64,000 nucleotides of DNA from Cycloclasticus sp. (GTDB lineage Bacteria; Pseudomonadota; Gammaproteobacteria; Methylococcales; Cycloclasticaceae), in the NCBI GenBank assembly GCA_039830885.1, contig JBDOOJ010000055.1:1406-65405 (forward strand), given 5' to 3'. The translations under genes and the position numbers were made by a program. How positions within the stretch are numbered: the stretch's first letter is position 1; each line of letters begins with the position of its first letter. Positions 1-10,126 of the stretch are shown here, in pieces. The notes beneath the pieces are model-generated. The model ran no database searches. It was not told the DNA's origin and saw nothing but the letters and a program-made list of their open reading frames with translations.

Positions 1-1
1 T

Positions 2-73
2 GGTGGTACCGCGCCAAATCAAGTTCGCTTCGCTGTTTCGGAAGCTAAAAAGTTTTTGGCAGAAAAAAGCTAA
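2..73 (+). CDS. argH: Argininosuccinate lyase, C-terminal fragment (runs off the left edge)
   Basis: Frame 2 reads GGTAPNQVRFAVSEAKKFLAEKS*; GGTAPxQV is the typical ArgH C-terminal motif, and argH commonly lies near cyaA/lysA. Confidence 0.75.
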   Translation, partial: GGTAPNQVRFAVSEAKKFLAEKS

Positions 74-170
74 CGCTACAAAATTTGGGGTTTTTGGGTA
101 TAAAAACTCAACATTATTCAAAAAATAGGCAATACTTAGAGTACGTTTATAATTAATGTATTGCTAAAGA

Positions 171-974
171 ATGTTTGATTCGTTATCAGGGGGCTGGGGA
201 CAACAAGCGCTAGAAGTCGCTGACTTTGGCGCGTTGATATTGGATAATCAGAAAATCCAATGGCTAAACCCTTACTTATTGTCGCTGCTTGAGTTGAAAG
301 AAAGCAATGTAGCGGGCAGTGTTATTTCAAAAAATGACCGCTTATCGAGCCTATTGTTAGGCACGGACAACCCATTCCTTGTTGCCACTAAAAAAGGTAA
401 AGAAACGTGGTTACGACGCGAACACATCAAAACACCCGTGCACGATATTTATTTTTTTCACGACTGTAGCGATTTGGTTATCATTGGTAACGAATGCCGG
501 CGTTTACAGCATGATTTAACGGATCTAAATCCTACCGATCCCGTCACAGGCATGATGCATACGGATGTCATTATGCAATTACTCGATGGGCACATAAGTC
601 GCAGCCGGCGTTATGATAATGCCTTGTCTTTATTGAGAATTAGTTACTCATTCCCCGACGGTATGGATACGCATTTATTCTCGCGTTGCATCCAACGAAT
701 AGCGCTTTTTCTAAAGGATCAATTGCGTTGGGCGGACCAAATTGGCATGTCTGATAAGACCACGTTCTTAGTCATTCTGCCAGAAACGAATTATGACGCG
801 GCAGCTTCTTTATTAAGGAAGTTTAATGAAGAGCCCCATTTGGCACTTTTCGCTAAAGGCGATGGTCGTCCCCTTTCCTTCTCAGTTGGTTTAACGGAAT
901 GGTCAAAAGGCGATACCACCAAAAAAATGCTACAAAATATTCGACAGGATGTTGATTTAACAATGATGATCTAG
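171..974 (+). CDS. PAS-like + degenerate GGDEF-domain protein
   Basis: TDPVTGM...SRRYDNALSLL...LRWADQIG...FLVILPET...SFSVG matches the GGDEF fold, but the GGDEF signature is replaced (SDKTT). Confidence 0.7.
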   Translation: MFDSLSGGWGQQALEVADFGALILDNQKIQWLNPYLLSLLELKESNVAGSVISKNDRLSSLLLGTDNPFLVATKKGKETWLRREHIKTPVHDIYFFHDCSDLVIIGNECRRLQHDLTDLNPTDPVTGMMHTDVIMQLLDGHISRSRRYDNALSLLRISYSFPDGMDTHLFSRCIQRIALFLKDQLRWADQIGMSDKTTFLVILPETNYDAAASLLRKFNEEPHLALFAKGDGRPLSFSVGLTEWSKGDTTKKMLQNIRQDVDLTMMI

Positions 975-1014
975 CGAATGGTTAATTCAACGATAAAACC
1001 TGCTCAGTCACGCA

Positions 1015-3832
1015 GTGTCACGCAGTTTGCCAAATATCAAGTTAGTCAGTTCTGATGGTGATATCAGCAAAAAAGATTTAAGGCTTGTTAAACAGCGTTT
1101 TTTAAACCTCCATAAGTTAAAAATGCGAAGGGCGTTGGATGCAGTAACCCCGCGACAAACAATATTTCTAGAACTTTTGCCTCTGCTGTTTCACGTTAAT
1201 CATCCAGTTTTGCCGGGTTATGTGTCAAGTAAAGCACCCGCAGGGATAGCGGATTATGCGCCGGGTAAATTAGTAATAGACAAAGCGAAAAAGCTAGGCA
1301 AGGGGTTTGTTTATAGCAAACGGGCAAAACGTTCTTTTGCGATTGAGTCGATTTTCTTGATGGGCAGTGTGGGGAGCATTGCTTATGTTAAAGGCAGTGA
1401 CATGGATTGATGGTTATGCCATGCCGCTAATCTTTCTGCCGATGAGTTGGCCCTGTTACAAGAAAAAGCCAGTGATATTGAAAAGTGGGCGGAGAGCCTG
1501 GGCTTAGAAGTGCATTTTTTCTTGATGAATGCGGAAAGTTTTAAACACGGTGCTGCGACGCCGTTGTCTTCTGAAAGTAGCGGCAGTACGCAACACCATT
1601 TATTACTTGAAGAGTTTTATCGAACGGCTTTGTATGTCGCAGGTCGTTACCAAGTGTGGTGGTTGGTGCCGCCAGAAGAGGAAGGGAATTACCAGGCATT
1701 TGTCGACAATTTATTGAAGCAACGTTTCATTAATCAACATGATGTAATCGATTTTGGGGGGGCTAGAAAATGTTCCTGCTGAAGAGTTTTTAGGCGCGTC
1801 ATTTTGGCATTTGTATAAAGCCATCGACTCGCCCTATAAATCGCTTTTGAAGTTGATGTTAATGGAGTCATACGTCGACCAATACCCTAATTCTCATTGG
1901 TCGGCATTATTGATGAAGCAACGTGTTTATGCCGGTGAGTCTGACGTCAATAAATTGGATGCGTACTTGATTTTGTACGACGTGCTAGAAGCCTACTTCA
2001 TAAAAAGAAACGAGCCTGAGCGATTAGACTTAATGCGCTACTGTTTTTACAGTAAATTAAACGAACACACGAGGAGCGTGTCGAAACAAGGTTGGCGGCA
2101 AGACGTCTTTATGGATATGCTCGAAAAGTGGGCGCCGTTACCTGAATACCTTGAAAATGCGTTGGAGCATAATGAATGGGATATTTCGCAAGTTCAACAA
2201 GAAAAGGAGCGATTAACCAATGAGTTAACACACAGTTATCGTTTGTTAATGCGCTTTGCAAAAGAACGCATAGACAAGTCGAAAAGAGACAGTGAAGAGC
2301 TCACGCTGTTGGGTAGAAAGTTGAATGCAGCATTCGAGAAACGGCCAAGTAAGCTCGAGCGTTCGACGATAAAAAACACGCGGATACGTCAAGAAAGAAA
2401 AGTCATTTTAAAACAGCAAAAGGTGCAAGACAGGCAGGTTAGTTGGGTGCTCAACCGGTTAGATATAAATAACAATGAACAATTTATCCGTCAGGCACAC
2501 GGTTTAATTGGCTTGTTAGCGTGGTGTGTTGATTACGGCGTGCTTGGAGAGAAAACTAAAATAGCGTTGGACCCTGGCGAGAGCCAAATCAATTCACGCG
2601 AAGTGTCACAAACATTACGTAGCGTATCCGTATTTTTTAATACCCTGCCTAAAAAGCCGGCGGACCTTAATGCGTACCGGTTTAAGCCGGTGGTTACGAA
2701 TGTAATGTTAGTCATCAATTCGGGTGTTGATTCGATGAATGACTACACGGAAAAAGGCATAAATTTGACCAGCGCGCGCTCTGATGCGCTGAGCTTTGGC
2801 TCACAACGCCGCAACCTTATTCTCAGTGTCGATATGATGTTCCGTAATTCATGGAATGAAATAGTCGTTGGAAAATATGAGGCGATGGACGGCTTAATGA
2901 GCTGTTTATGTGAAATCTTCGACCACAAAACGTTAGGCGTAAAGCAGGCATTACCTGTCTTGGTGTGCAGTAGTTATAATTCGCCCAGAGCGATGAGTGT
3001 GTCAAAAAGAATACATGAGTTATTCAAACAAATAGCGAGTGTTTTTAAACGTTATAGTCAGAAAGTATCGCCGCGATTAGTGATACAGTCTGCGCGTTCA
3101 TTTTACCTTATGCAGGTTAATGGCCGGAAAATGACAGCGATTGCTGTGAGCGAGAAAAAACTCTTAGTAGAGCTATCTAAGCCGCAACCCATATACAGCC
3201 CGATAAAATTTGATGGTTTGATTGAGCAAAAAAGGTTGTTGCCGGTTATTTGTGGTCACCATAAAGCGGGACGGATTCAAATATATTATGCGCAATTGAA
3301 TGATGATAAGGCGCAAGTTTATATTTTGGATGAAAAGGGTTCGCTGTTTTTTAAAGAGCAAGATTTCGTTAATGAATTGTCGTTATTGCAATCTTATAAA
3401 GCCTTGCTTGAAAGCATCATGCATCGCCGTCGTTTGGCCGCATACGAAAAAGACGATATGACGTTTGATTTAGAAATTGAATGTTATCGAGTTGAGAAAA
3501 TTCGTCAGCATTGGGCGTTAAAGGCGATACAAGTGCCTGATATGGTATTCAATCGAGGAATGGACGTTCGAGTGGCATCCGATAGGCAAACGAAGGAGTC
3601 GCATATTTATTGTAATACGCAAACGTTCTCGAGTTTAGATTTTGGAAATAATCTTTATAGCGAAGCATCACGCTATATTCGTCAAGAACGGAAAGGGGTC
3701 GAGGATTATCCAGTTTATATCACTGATATTGACGTGCCACACGAAGAGTTGGGGGTGGAGAATCATGGGCAGTTACAAACCATTCACTATTTACATTACA
3801 AGCAGCGTATTGAAGATAAGTTGAACGTTTAA
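1015..3832 (+). pseudogene. cyaA: Class I adenylate cyclase, interrupted by an in-frame TGA (1408-1410) and a +1 frameshift in a G7 run (1756-1762)
   Basis: Motifs LPLLFHVNHP.LPGYV, MGSVGSI...SDMD*WLCH, ESSGSTQHHLLLEEFYRT and FWHLYKAIDSPYKSLLK are spread over three ORFs; 1015 and 1447 share a frame, 1754 is shifted. Confidence 0.85.
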
Positions 3833-3857
3833 ATTAAGAATATATGCAGTCAAAAAT

Positions 3858-3891
3858 AAAAAACTCTATGCAATTTTGCATAGAGTTTTTT
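3858..3891. terminator. Bidirectional intrinsic terminator between cyaA and the peroxiredoxin gene
   Basis: AAAAAACTCTATGCAA-TT-TTGCATAGAGTTTTTT perfect hairpin with A and T tails. Confidence 0.85.
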
Positions 3892-3969
3892 GCATCGATT
3901 ATTTTTTTATGCTGCTTTTATACCCAAAGGGCATAAGTTTCATTGAAGCGGAAAGCAAATCATTTCCGC

Positions 3970-4494
3970 TTAATTCAGCTTTAAATGCTGAAGCATCGTG
4001 TCTACGTCGCTGCAAGTAAATGGGTCGTCTGGGCAGTTGTCCATTTTTCCAGGCTCGCTGAATAAAGCGGTAATTTGCTGATCTTCAACCAACATAGAGT
4101 AGCGCCATGAACGATCGCCAAAACCTAGGTTGTCTTTTTTAACTAACATGCCCATTAAGCGGCTAAATTCACCGTTACCGTCAGGTAGTAGTTGTACATT
4201 TTTAACGTCGAGGTTTTTGCCCCATTGAAACATAGTGAATGCGTCATTCACGCTTAAGCAATACACTTCATCAACACCAAGGTCTTTCAATTCTTGGTAT
4301 TTAGCATCGTAGCCCGGTAAGTGAGTGCTTGAACACGTGGGTGTGAATGCGCCTGGTAACGCAAAAACCACTACTTTTTTGTCGCTAAAAATATCGTTTG
4401 AACTAACATCTTGCCAGCGAAATGGGTTGTCGCCGCCAATGCTCTCGTCTCTTACGCGGGTTTTGAAAGTAATATTAGGTACGGTGTTTGTCAT
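3970..4494 (-). CDS. Peroxiredoxin, Prx5 subfamily (no fused glutaredoxin)
   Basis: LPGAFTPTCSSTHLPGY, SVNDAF, PDGNGEF and RSWRYSM motifs; GGAG RBS before the ATG at 4494. Confidence 0.9.
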   Translation of the reverse strand: MTNTVPNITFKTRVRDESIGGDNPFRWQDVSSNDIFSDKKVVVFALPGAFTPTCSSTHLPGYDAKYQELKDLGVDEVYCLSVNDAFTMFQWGKNLDVKNVQLLPDGNGEFSRLMGMLVKKDNLGFGDRSWRYSMLVEDQQITALFSEPGKMDNCPDDPFTCSDVDTMLQHLKLN

Positions 4495-4548
4495 TTGATG
4501 TGTCTCCATTAAAGATTAAAATTGCGAAGGTTCGCGTTAACTGGATAT

Positions 4549-4614
4549 AGTTTAGGGTTGGCTATGCATTAAGTAAAATCGAATGATTTTATTATGACAA
4601 TAGATTTTATCTAT
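4549..4614 (-). promoter_or_regulatory. OxyR box plus sigma70 promoter of the peroxiredoxin gene
   Basis: Minus strand reads ATAG-N7-CTAT-N7-ATAA-N7-CGAT (4614-4578), immediately followed by TTTACT-17bp-TAAACT. Confidence 0.8.
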
Positions 4615-4623
4615 TTATGCTGT

Positions 4624-5514
4624 CTATTTGTCAACGTAGAAATTTTGTAGTAGTTCGGTGAGCAGGTTCATCAATTGTATTTTGGGGTTGGTTTTTCGCC
4701 AAACCAAGCGAATGGTTCTTTTTGGTTGTGGGTTTTCAAACGGAATGTATTGGATGTTGCCATCGCTATCATTATCTCGAATCGCTAAGTTTGGCATAAA
4801 AGTGATGCCGGTATTGGCGCGTACCATTTGTCGCAAAGTTTCCAAGCTGGTAGCGCGAACGTTTTGTTCTTCCTTTGCGCCATTAAGCTGGCAAAACTGT
4901 AGCGCCTGATCGCGCAAGCAATGTCCTTCATCCAACAGTAACAACGGCTCATTAATGATGTCGGCGGGTGTAACCGTCGTTTTGTTGGATAGTCGATGCT
5001 GCGATGAAACCGCTAGTTTAAACGCATCATCAAATAAAACAGTGGAGGCTAAAAAATCATCTTTAACGGGGGCGGCTAATAAGACGGCATCAATTTCGCC
5101 GTCTTTTAATTGTCGAATCAGCGTGTCGGTTTTTTCTTCTATTAGTATCAAGCGAAGGTCGGGTAATTTGTCCTTAATTAAGGGCACCAAATCAGGCAAG
5201 ATATAAGCAGCAAGGGTGGGAAAAGCACCCAGTCTAAAGTTGCCGGCAAAGGGTTGCTGTGCGTTGTGGGCCAGCTCTTCAATGTCTTTCACATCGTGCA
5301 GAATGGATTTAGCTTTGCTAATAATGCTTTTACCAACCTCTGTAATAAGGACGCGCTTATTGTTTCGCTCAAAAATTTTGACGCCCAGCGTTCCTTCTAG
5401 CTTTTTAATCTGCATACTTAGCGTGGGTTGGCTAACAAAACACCGTTCTGCTGCCTTAACAAAGCTTTTTAATTCAGCAACAGCAACGATGTATTTTAGG
5501 TCTCTTAAGTTCAT
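4624..5514 (-). CDS. oxyR: H2O2-sensing LysR regulator OxyR
   Basis: MNLRDLKY...CFVSQPTLS HTH; LDEGHCLRDQALQFC with both redox cysteines; RATSLETLRQMV. Confidence 0.93.
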   Translation of the reverse strand: MNLRDLKYIVAVAELKSFVKAAERCFVSQPTLSMQIKKLEGTLGVKIFERNNKRVLITEVGKSIISKAKSILHDVKDIEELAHNAQQPFAGNFRLGAFPTLAAYILPDLVPLIKDKLPDLRLILIEEKTDTLIRQLKDGEIDAVLLAAPVKDDFLASTVLFDDAFKLAVSSQHRLSNKTTVTPADIINEPLLLLDEGHCLRDQALQFCQLNGAKEEQNVRATSLETLRQMVRANTGITFMPNLAIRDNDSDGNIQYIPFENPQPKRTIRLVWRKTNPKIQLMNLLTELLQNFYVDK

Positions 5515-5529
5515 GTTTTAGGTTTCATG

Positions 5530-6201
5530 TTAAGAGAGAACCGAGATTAGCCAAGCCTTAATGTGGGTGATTTCCTTTGGGCTGACTGAATGTTCCATGG
5601 GGTAGGAGTGCCATTCAACGGTGTAGCCACTCTCTTCAAGAAATGCTCTAGCAGATTCAGCTTGTTCAATGGGGATAACGGGGTCGAAATCACCGTGACC
5701 ATAAAAAATTGACGTGTCGGCGTTGCCGTTTTGTTCTGCGTTTTGTAACGTGTCGCGGACGGGCAGGTAGGTAGATAACGCCATGATGCCAGCTAATGGG
5801 CTGGGGAAGCGAATGCCGGCATCAAGGGCAATAACGCCGCCTTGGGAAAACCCTGCGATTACAATTTTTGACGGGTCAATGCCCATCGCGATTTCATCGT
5901 TGATCATATCGCTGATAACGGCGCTAGATTTTATTATGCCATCTGCATCGGCGCGCTTCATTAAATCCATCACACTAATGTCGTACCAAGCGGGCATGAC
6001 CGCGCCGCCGTTGATGGAAACGGGCATGTTAGGCGCTTGAGGAAAAATAAAGCGGATGCCTAATTCATCTTGTATGCCCAGTTCAGGCACCAGGGGTGCA
6101 AAGTCGTTACTACTGGCGCCAAGGCCGTGAAGCCATATAACGGAGCAGCGGACAGGGGTGTTGGGATTTGAAATAATGGACGGAAGTCGAGTTGTTTGCA
6201 T
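5530..6201 (-). CDS. Carboxylesterase / phospholipase (alpha/beta hydrolase)
   Basis: IWLHGLGA, MPAWYDI, GFSQGG nucleophile, HGxxDPV and MEHSV motifs. Confidence 0.9.
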   Translation of the reverse strand: MQTTRLPSIISNPNTPVRCSVIWLHGLGASSNDFAPLVPELGIQDELGIRFIFPQAPNMPVSINGGAVMPAWYDISVMDLMKRADADGIIKSSAVISDMINDEIAMGIDPSKIVIAGFSQGGVIALDAGIRFPSPLAGIMALSTYLPVRDTLQNAEQNGNADTSIFYGHGDFDPVIPIEQAESARAFLEESGYTVEWHSYPMEHSVSPKEITHIKAWLISVLS

Positions 6202-6295
6202 GGTTGTTTTATAAGTTGCTGAGAATGATTAGAGTATGCCAAAAAACGCCAAACGTTTATACTGCAGTTTATTGAAATAATAAAAGGATGCGAAG

Positions 6296-6415
6296 ATGAC
6301 GCGTTTATTAAAAGTGATGCTTATTATGGGCTTACTGGCGGTATCAGCAGGTTGTGGGCAAAAAGGTGATTTGTATTTACCCACTGAGCAAGTGGCGCAT
6401 TATTTAGGATTGTAA
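6296..6415 (+). CDS. lptM: Small outer-membrane lipoprotein LptM/YifL (LppL), 39 aa; absent from the ORF track
   Basis: MTRLLKVMLIMGLLAVSAGCGQKGDLYLP...; lipobox plus CGQKGxLYLP motif; stop abuts the lysA ATG, the conserved position. Confidence 0.9.
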   Translation: MTRLLKVMLIMGLLAVSAGCGQKGDLYLPTEQVAHYLGL

Positions 6416-7687
6416 ATGGATCATTTTCACTACCGCGAAAATCAGCTGTATGCTGAAGATGTTGCTATTGCAGCGATAGTTGAGCAGTTCTCAACGCCAA
6501 CGTATGTTTATTCCAGAGCAACGCTAGAGCGTCATTGGCATGCGTTTAACGATGCGTTGGGTGATCACCCGCATCTAATTTGCTACTCAGTTAAGGCCAA
6601 TTCAAATATTGCCGTTTTAAATGTGTTGGCTCGTTTGGGTTCCGGGTTTGATATTGTCTCGGTTGGTGAATTGGAGCGGGTATTGAAAGCTGGCGGTGAG
6701 CCTGGGAAAGTTATTTTTTCGGGTGTCGGTAAGCGCCGCGATGAAATTCGCCGTGCGTTGAATGTGGGAATCCGCTGCTTTAATGTTGAAGTGTCAGCAG
6801 AACTTGACCGCATTAACGACATTGCTGAAGAATTGGGCCTTGTAGCCAATATTTCTATTCGCGTAAACCCCGATGTGGATGCGAAAACGCACCCTTATAT
6901 TTCAACGGGGTTAAAAGAAAATAAGTTTGGCTTAGACATTGAAACGGCGTTTGCAGAGTACCAGCGCGCAAACGGCATGAAACATTTAAACGTGGTTGGT
7001 TTGGATTGCCATATCGGTTCGCAGTTAGAAGAGGTTAAGCCGTTCGTGGATGCGTTGGACCGTGTGCTAGGACTCCTCGATAGATTAAAAGGTGTTGGCA
7101 TTGAGATTCAACATTTAGACTTAGGCGGCGGGCTAGGTATTTGCTATAAAGACGAGCTACCGCCTACACCCGCTGAATATGTTGCCGCCTTGTTTGAAAG
7201 ATTAGCCGGCCTGCCCTATGAAATATTGTTAGAACCTGGGCGTGCAATCGCCGGTAATGCCGGTATTTTGGTCACAAAAGTTGAATACATTAAAGCCACC
7301 GAAGATAAAACCTTCGCGATTGTCGATGCGGCGATGAACGACTTAATGCGACCAGCGCTGTACCAATCTTGGCAGAACATTATTCCAGTAAACACAGAGA
7401 CAGACGCTGATGCCACTCATTACGATATTGTTGGCCCAGTCTGTGAAACGGCTGATTTTTTGGGCAAAGACCGTGAACTTGCAATTAAAGAAGGTGATCT
7501 ATTAGCGATTCGTTCATCGGGTGCATACGGTTTTACCATGAGCTCTAATTACAACTCGCGCCCAAGCGTTGCAGAAGTGATGGTGGATGGCGACCAAGTA
7601 CATTTGATTGGCGCTCGTCAAAGTGTTGAGAGCTTGTGGCAAAACGAGGCGATGTTACCCAATGACTTCGAGGAAGTCGGTTGTTAA
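6416..7687 (+). CDS. lysA: Diaminopimelate decarboxylase
   Basis: YSVKANSN (PLP lysine), HIGSQ, EPGR, GPVCET, GAYGFTMSSNYN. Confidence 0.97.
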   Translation: MDHFHYRENQLYAEDVAIAAIVEQFSTPTYVYSRATLERHWHAFNDALGDHPHLICYSVKANSNIAVLNVLARLGSGFDIVSVGELERVLKAGGEPGKVIFSGVGKRRDEIRRALNVGIRCFNVEVSAELDRINDIAEELGLVANISIRVNPDVDAKTHPYISTGLKENKFGLDIETAFAEYQRANGMKHLNVVGLDCHIGSQLEEVKPFVDALDRVLGLLDRLKGVGIEIQHLDLGGGLGICYKDELPPTPAEYVAALFERLAGLPYEILLEPGRAIAGNAGILVTKVEYIKATEDKTFAIVDAAMNDLMRPALYQSWQNIIPVNTETDADATHYDIVGPVCETADFLGKDRELAIKEGDLLAIRSSGAYGFTMSSNYNSRPSVAEVMVDGDQVHLIGARQSVESLWQNEAMLPNDFEEVGC

Positions 7688-8505
7688 TTAACTTCAGCAA
7701 AATGCACGGCTTGGGTAACGACTTTGTCGTTATCGATGCGATTAACCAATCGGTAGAATTAACGACCGAGCAAATTAAGCAGCTAGCAGATCGCCACGTT
7801 GGTGTGGGGTTTGATCAATTACTGTTAGTTAAACCAGCGCAAGGCGATGCTGATTTCCGCTACGTTATTTATAACGCCGACGGCAGCGAAGTATCGCAGT
7901 GTGGAAACGGCGCGCGTTGCTTCGCATTGTTTGTTACTCAAAAAGGCCTCGCAGACAAACGGTCTATTTGCGTTGAAACAAGGTCTGGTAAGCTCATATT
8001 AAATATCGATGGGCAGCAAGTGACAGTGGATATGGGGCTGCCACGTTTTGCCCCCGCGAGCATTCCCTTGTTAAGCGACCAACAACAGCTGACATATACG
8101 GCAAATGTGGGCGGTGAAAGTGTTGAGTTTTCGGCCCTTTCAATGGGTAACCCGCACGCGGTTATTCAAGTAGATGATATTGAACATGCAGCTGTGCAGG
8201 CGACCGGTGCTGCGCTAGAAAGCCACGAGATTTTTCCAGAACGCGCAAACATTGGTTTTAGTGAAAAAGTGAATGACTCAACGATTAAACTACGCGTGTT
8301 TGAACGCGGCGCAGGCGAAACATTGGCCTGTGGCAGTGGCGCATGCGCGGCGGTTGTCACGGGCATTCAACAGGGTGAATTGAAGACGCCTGTTACCGTC
8401 ACGTTGCTGGGTGGTGAATTAACAATTGACTGGCAAGGCGAAGGGCATTCGGTGATGATGACGGGGCCTGCAACGTTTGTTTTTGATGGTATGATTGAGC
8501 TATGA
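7681..8505 (+). CDS. dapF: Diaminopimelate epimerase
   Basis: KMHGLGNDF, QCGNGARC, GNPH, ERGAGETLACGSG. Confidence 0.97.
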   Translation: MLINFSKMHGLGNDFVVIDAINQSVELTTEQIKQLADRHVGVGFDQLLLVKPAQGDADFRYVIYNADGSEVSQCGNGARCFALFVTQKGLADKRSICVETRSGKLILNIDGQQVTVDMGLPRFAPASIPLLSDQQQLTYTANVGGESVEFSALSMGNPHAVIQVDDIEHAAVQATGAALESHEIFPERANIGFSEKVNDSTIKLRVFERGAGETLACGSGACAAVVTGIQQGELKTPVTVTLLGGELTIDWQGEGHSVMMTGPATFVFDGMIEL

Positions 8506-9212
8506 CGGATCAACAAGTTTCAGAAAAACAACCGGAGATAACGGCTGAACAGGTACGAGATTATCTGCTTGCATCGCCCGACTTTTTTAACGAATACCCA
8601 GAGTTACTTGAAGAGGCTCAGGTTAAAGAACAGCGCGGTGGCGTGGTGTCGTTAACGATGCGTCAATTGGCACTATTACGTGATAAAAATGAAAAATCGC
8701 AGAAGCAATTAGAAGGCTTGCTGGCCATTGCGCGTGAAAACGATGCGTTGTTTGGCCGCATGCAACAACTCACAACAGCGCTGATTGATGCACGTTGTGT
8801 TGAGGATGTGTTTGCAACGCTAGATGACATGCTACGAGAATGTTTCGGTGCGGATTTCTTTGCAATTCGTTTGATTGACGGTGTTGATGCGCTCGATTGC
8901 CCAATCAGTGATGTTGTGTGGGCAAAAGATGGGGCAGAGCTAGAGCACTTCAAACGCATTTTGGACTCGCAAAAAATAAAATTCGGGCTTCCAACACATG
9001 CTCAAGCAGAGGCCTTATTTAATGAGCAAGCGTCAGATGTTCATTCAGCGGCATTTATCCCCCTGAAAATAGATCAACAAGACGGTTTACTAGCAATAGG
9101 CAGTAAAGATTCAGACCGTTTTCACCCGACGATGGGTACATTGTTTATTGCGCATCTCGGCGAGCTTGTTGCAAAACGCCTAGCTTCTTTACAGCAAACC
9201 AAGAAAGGTTAG
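8502..9212 (+). CDS. DUF484 (YigA-like) protein
   Basis: YLxxxPDFF and LAIGSxDxxRFHPxMGTLF; conserved position between dapF and xerC. Confidence 0.85.
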   Translation: MTDQQVSEKQPEITAEQVRDYLLASPDFFNEYPELLEEAQVKEQRGGVVSLTMRQLALLRDKNEKSQKQLEGLLAIARENDALFGRMQQLTTALIDARCVEDVFATLDDMLRECFGADFFAIRLIDGVDALDCPISDVVWAKDGAELEHFKRILDSQKIKFGLPTHAQAEALFNEQASDVHSAAFIPLKIDQQDGLLAIGSKDSDRFHPTMGTLFIAHLGELVAKRLASLQQTKKG

Positions 9213-9214
9213 CA

Positions 9215-10126
9215 GTGAATCAGAATGCTGTTGATGTTAGTCAGCAGTTTTTAGAGGTACTGAAAGTAGAGCGTCGTTTATCCCTTAATACATTAAAAGC
9301 CTATGCGCGAGATTTGGCGCAGTTAGCGAGATACTGTGAAGAACAGAATTTGGCCGATTGGGCAGAGTTGAATAGTCACTATGTTCGCCAATTTATCGCG
9401 CAACGTCATCGTAAAGGCTTAGGCAGTAGAAGCTTGCAACGCGAGTTATCGGCGTGCCGCAGCTTTTTTGATTACTTAATAAAAATCAAACAATTACCCA
9501 ATAACCCTGCGTCGGGGATTCGTGCGCCAAAGGCAGCTAAACCTTTGCCGTACGTTTTAGATGTTGATCAGGTTAATGCGTTACTAGACGTAGAGCCAAG
9601 CGACGATTTGGAAGTGCGTGATATTGCGATGTGGGAAGTGCTGTACTCCTCCGGATTGCGGGTTAGCGAGTTGGCAAATGTTAATTTAATGGATGTTGAT
9701 TTAAGCGCTAAAAGCATTTTAGTGGTCAGCGGTAAAGGCCAAAAATCTCGTTTATTACCGTTAGGTGGTAAAGCGATTAAAGCGATTAAAACATGGCTTG
9801 GAGTCAGGTCAGGAAAAATAAAAACCGATGAAATGGCGTTATTTGTTGGCAAAACAGGCGCTCGTTTAAGCACGCGGAATATTCAGTTGCGGCTAGAACG
9901 ATGGCGAAAAAAACATGGGCTACAAGGGCGCTTATATCCGCATATGTTACGGCATTCGTTTGCCAGCCATATGTTGGAATCGAGCCAAGATTTAAGGGCG
10001 GTTCAAGAGCTTTTGGGCCACAGTAATATCAGTACCACGCAAGTATATACGCATTTGGATTTCCAGCATTTAGCATCGGTGTACGATAAAGCACACCCAC
10101 GGGCAAAGCAGAGAAAGAAGCCTTAA
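9215..10126 (+). CDS. xerC: Tyrosine recombinase XerC
   Basis: YSSGLRVSEL, HMLRHSFASH, VQELLGH...TTQVYTH, YDKAHPRA; dapF-yigA-xerC synteny. Confidence 0.95.
   Translation: MNQNAVDVSQQFLEVLKVERRLSLNTLKAYARDLAQLARYCEEQNLADWAELNSHYVRQFIAQRHRKGLGSRSLQRELSACRSFFDYLIKIKQLPNNPASGIRAPKAAKPLPYVLDVDQVNALLDVEPSDDLEVRDIAMWEVLYSSGLRVSELANVNLMDVDLSAKSILVVSGKGQKSRLLPLGGKAIKAIKTWLGVRSGKIKTDEMALFVGKTGARLSTRNIQLRLERWRKKHGLQGRLYPHMLRHSFASHMLESSQDLRAVQELLGHSNISTTQVYTHLDFQHLASVYDKAHPRAKQRKKP

Noticed and set aside
1408-1410. In-frame TGA in cyaA as selenocysteine or programmed readthrough
   Set aside because: The aligned position is Ile/Leu in homologs, not Cys; no evident SECIS hairpin; a second lesion lies downstream; TGA terminates other genes normally in this window.
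9215-10126. Tyrosine recombinase as a mobile-element integrase
   Set aside because: Sequence and dapF-DUF484-xerC synteny identify housekeeping XerC.
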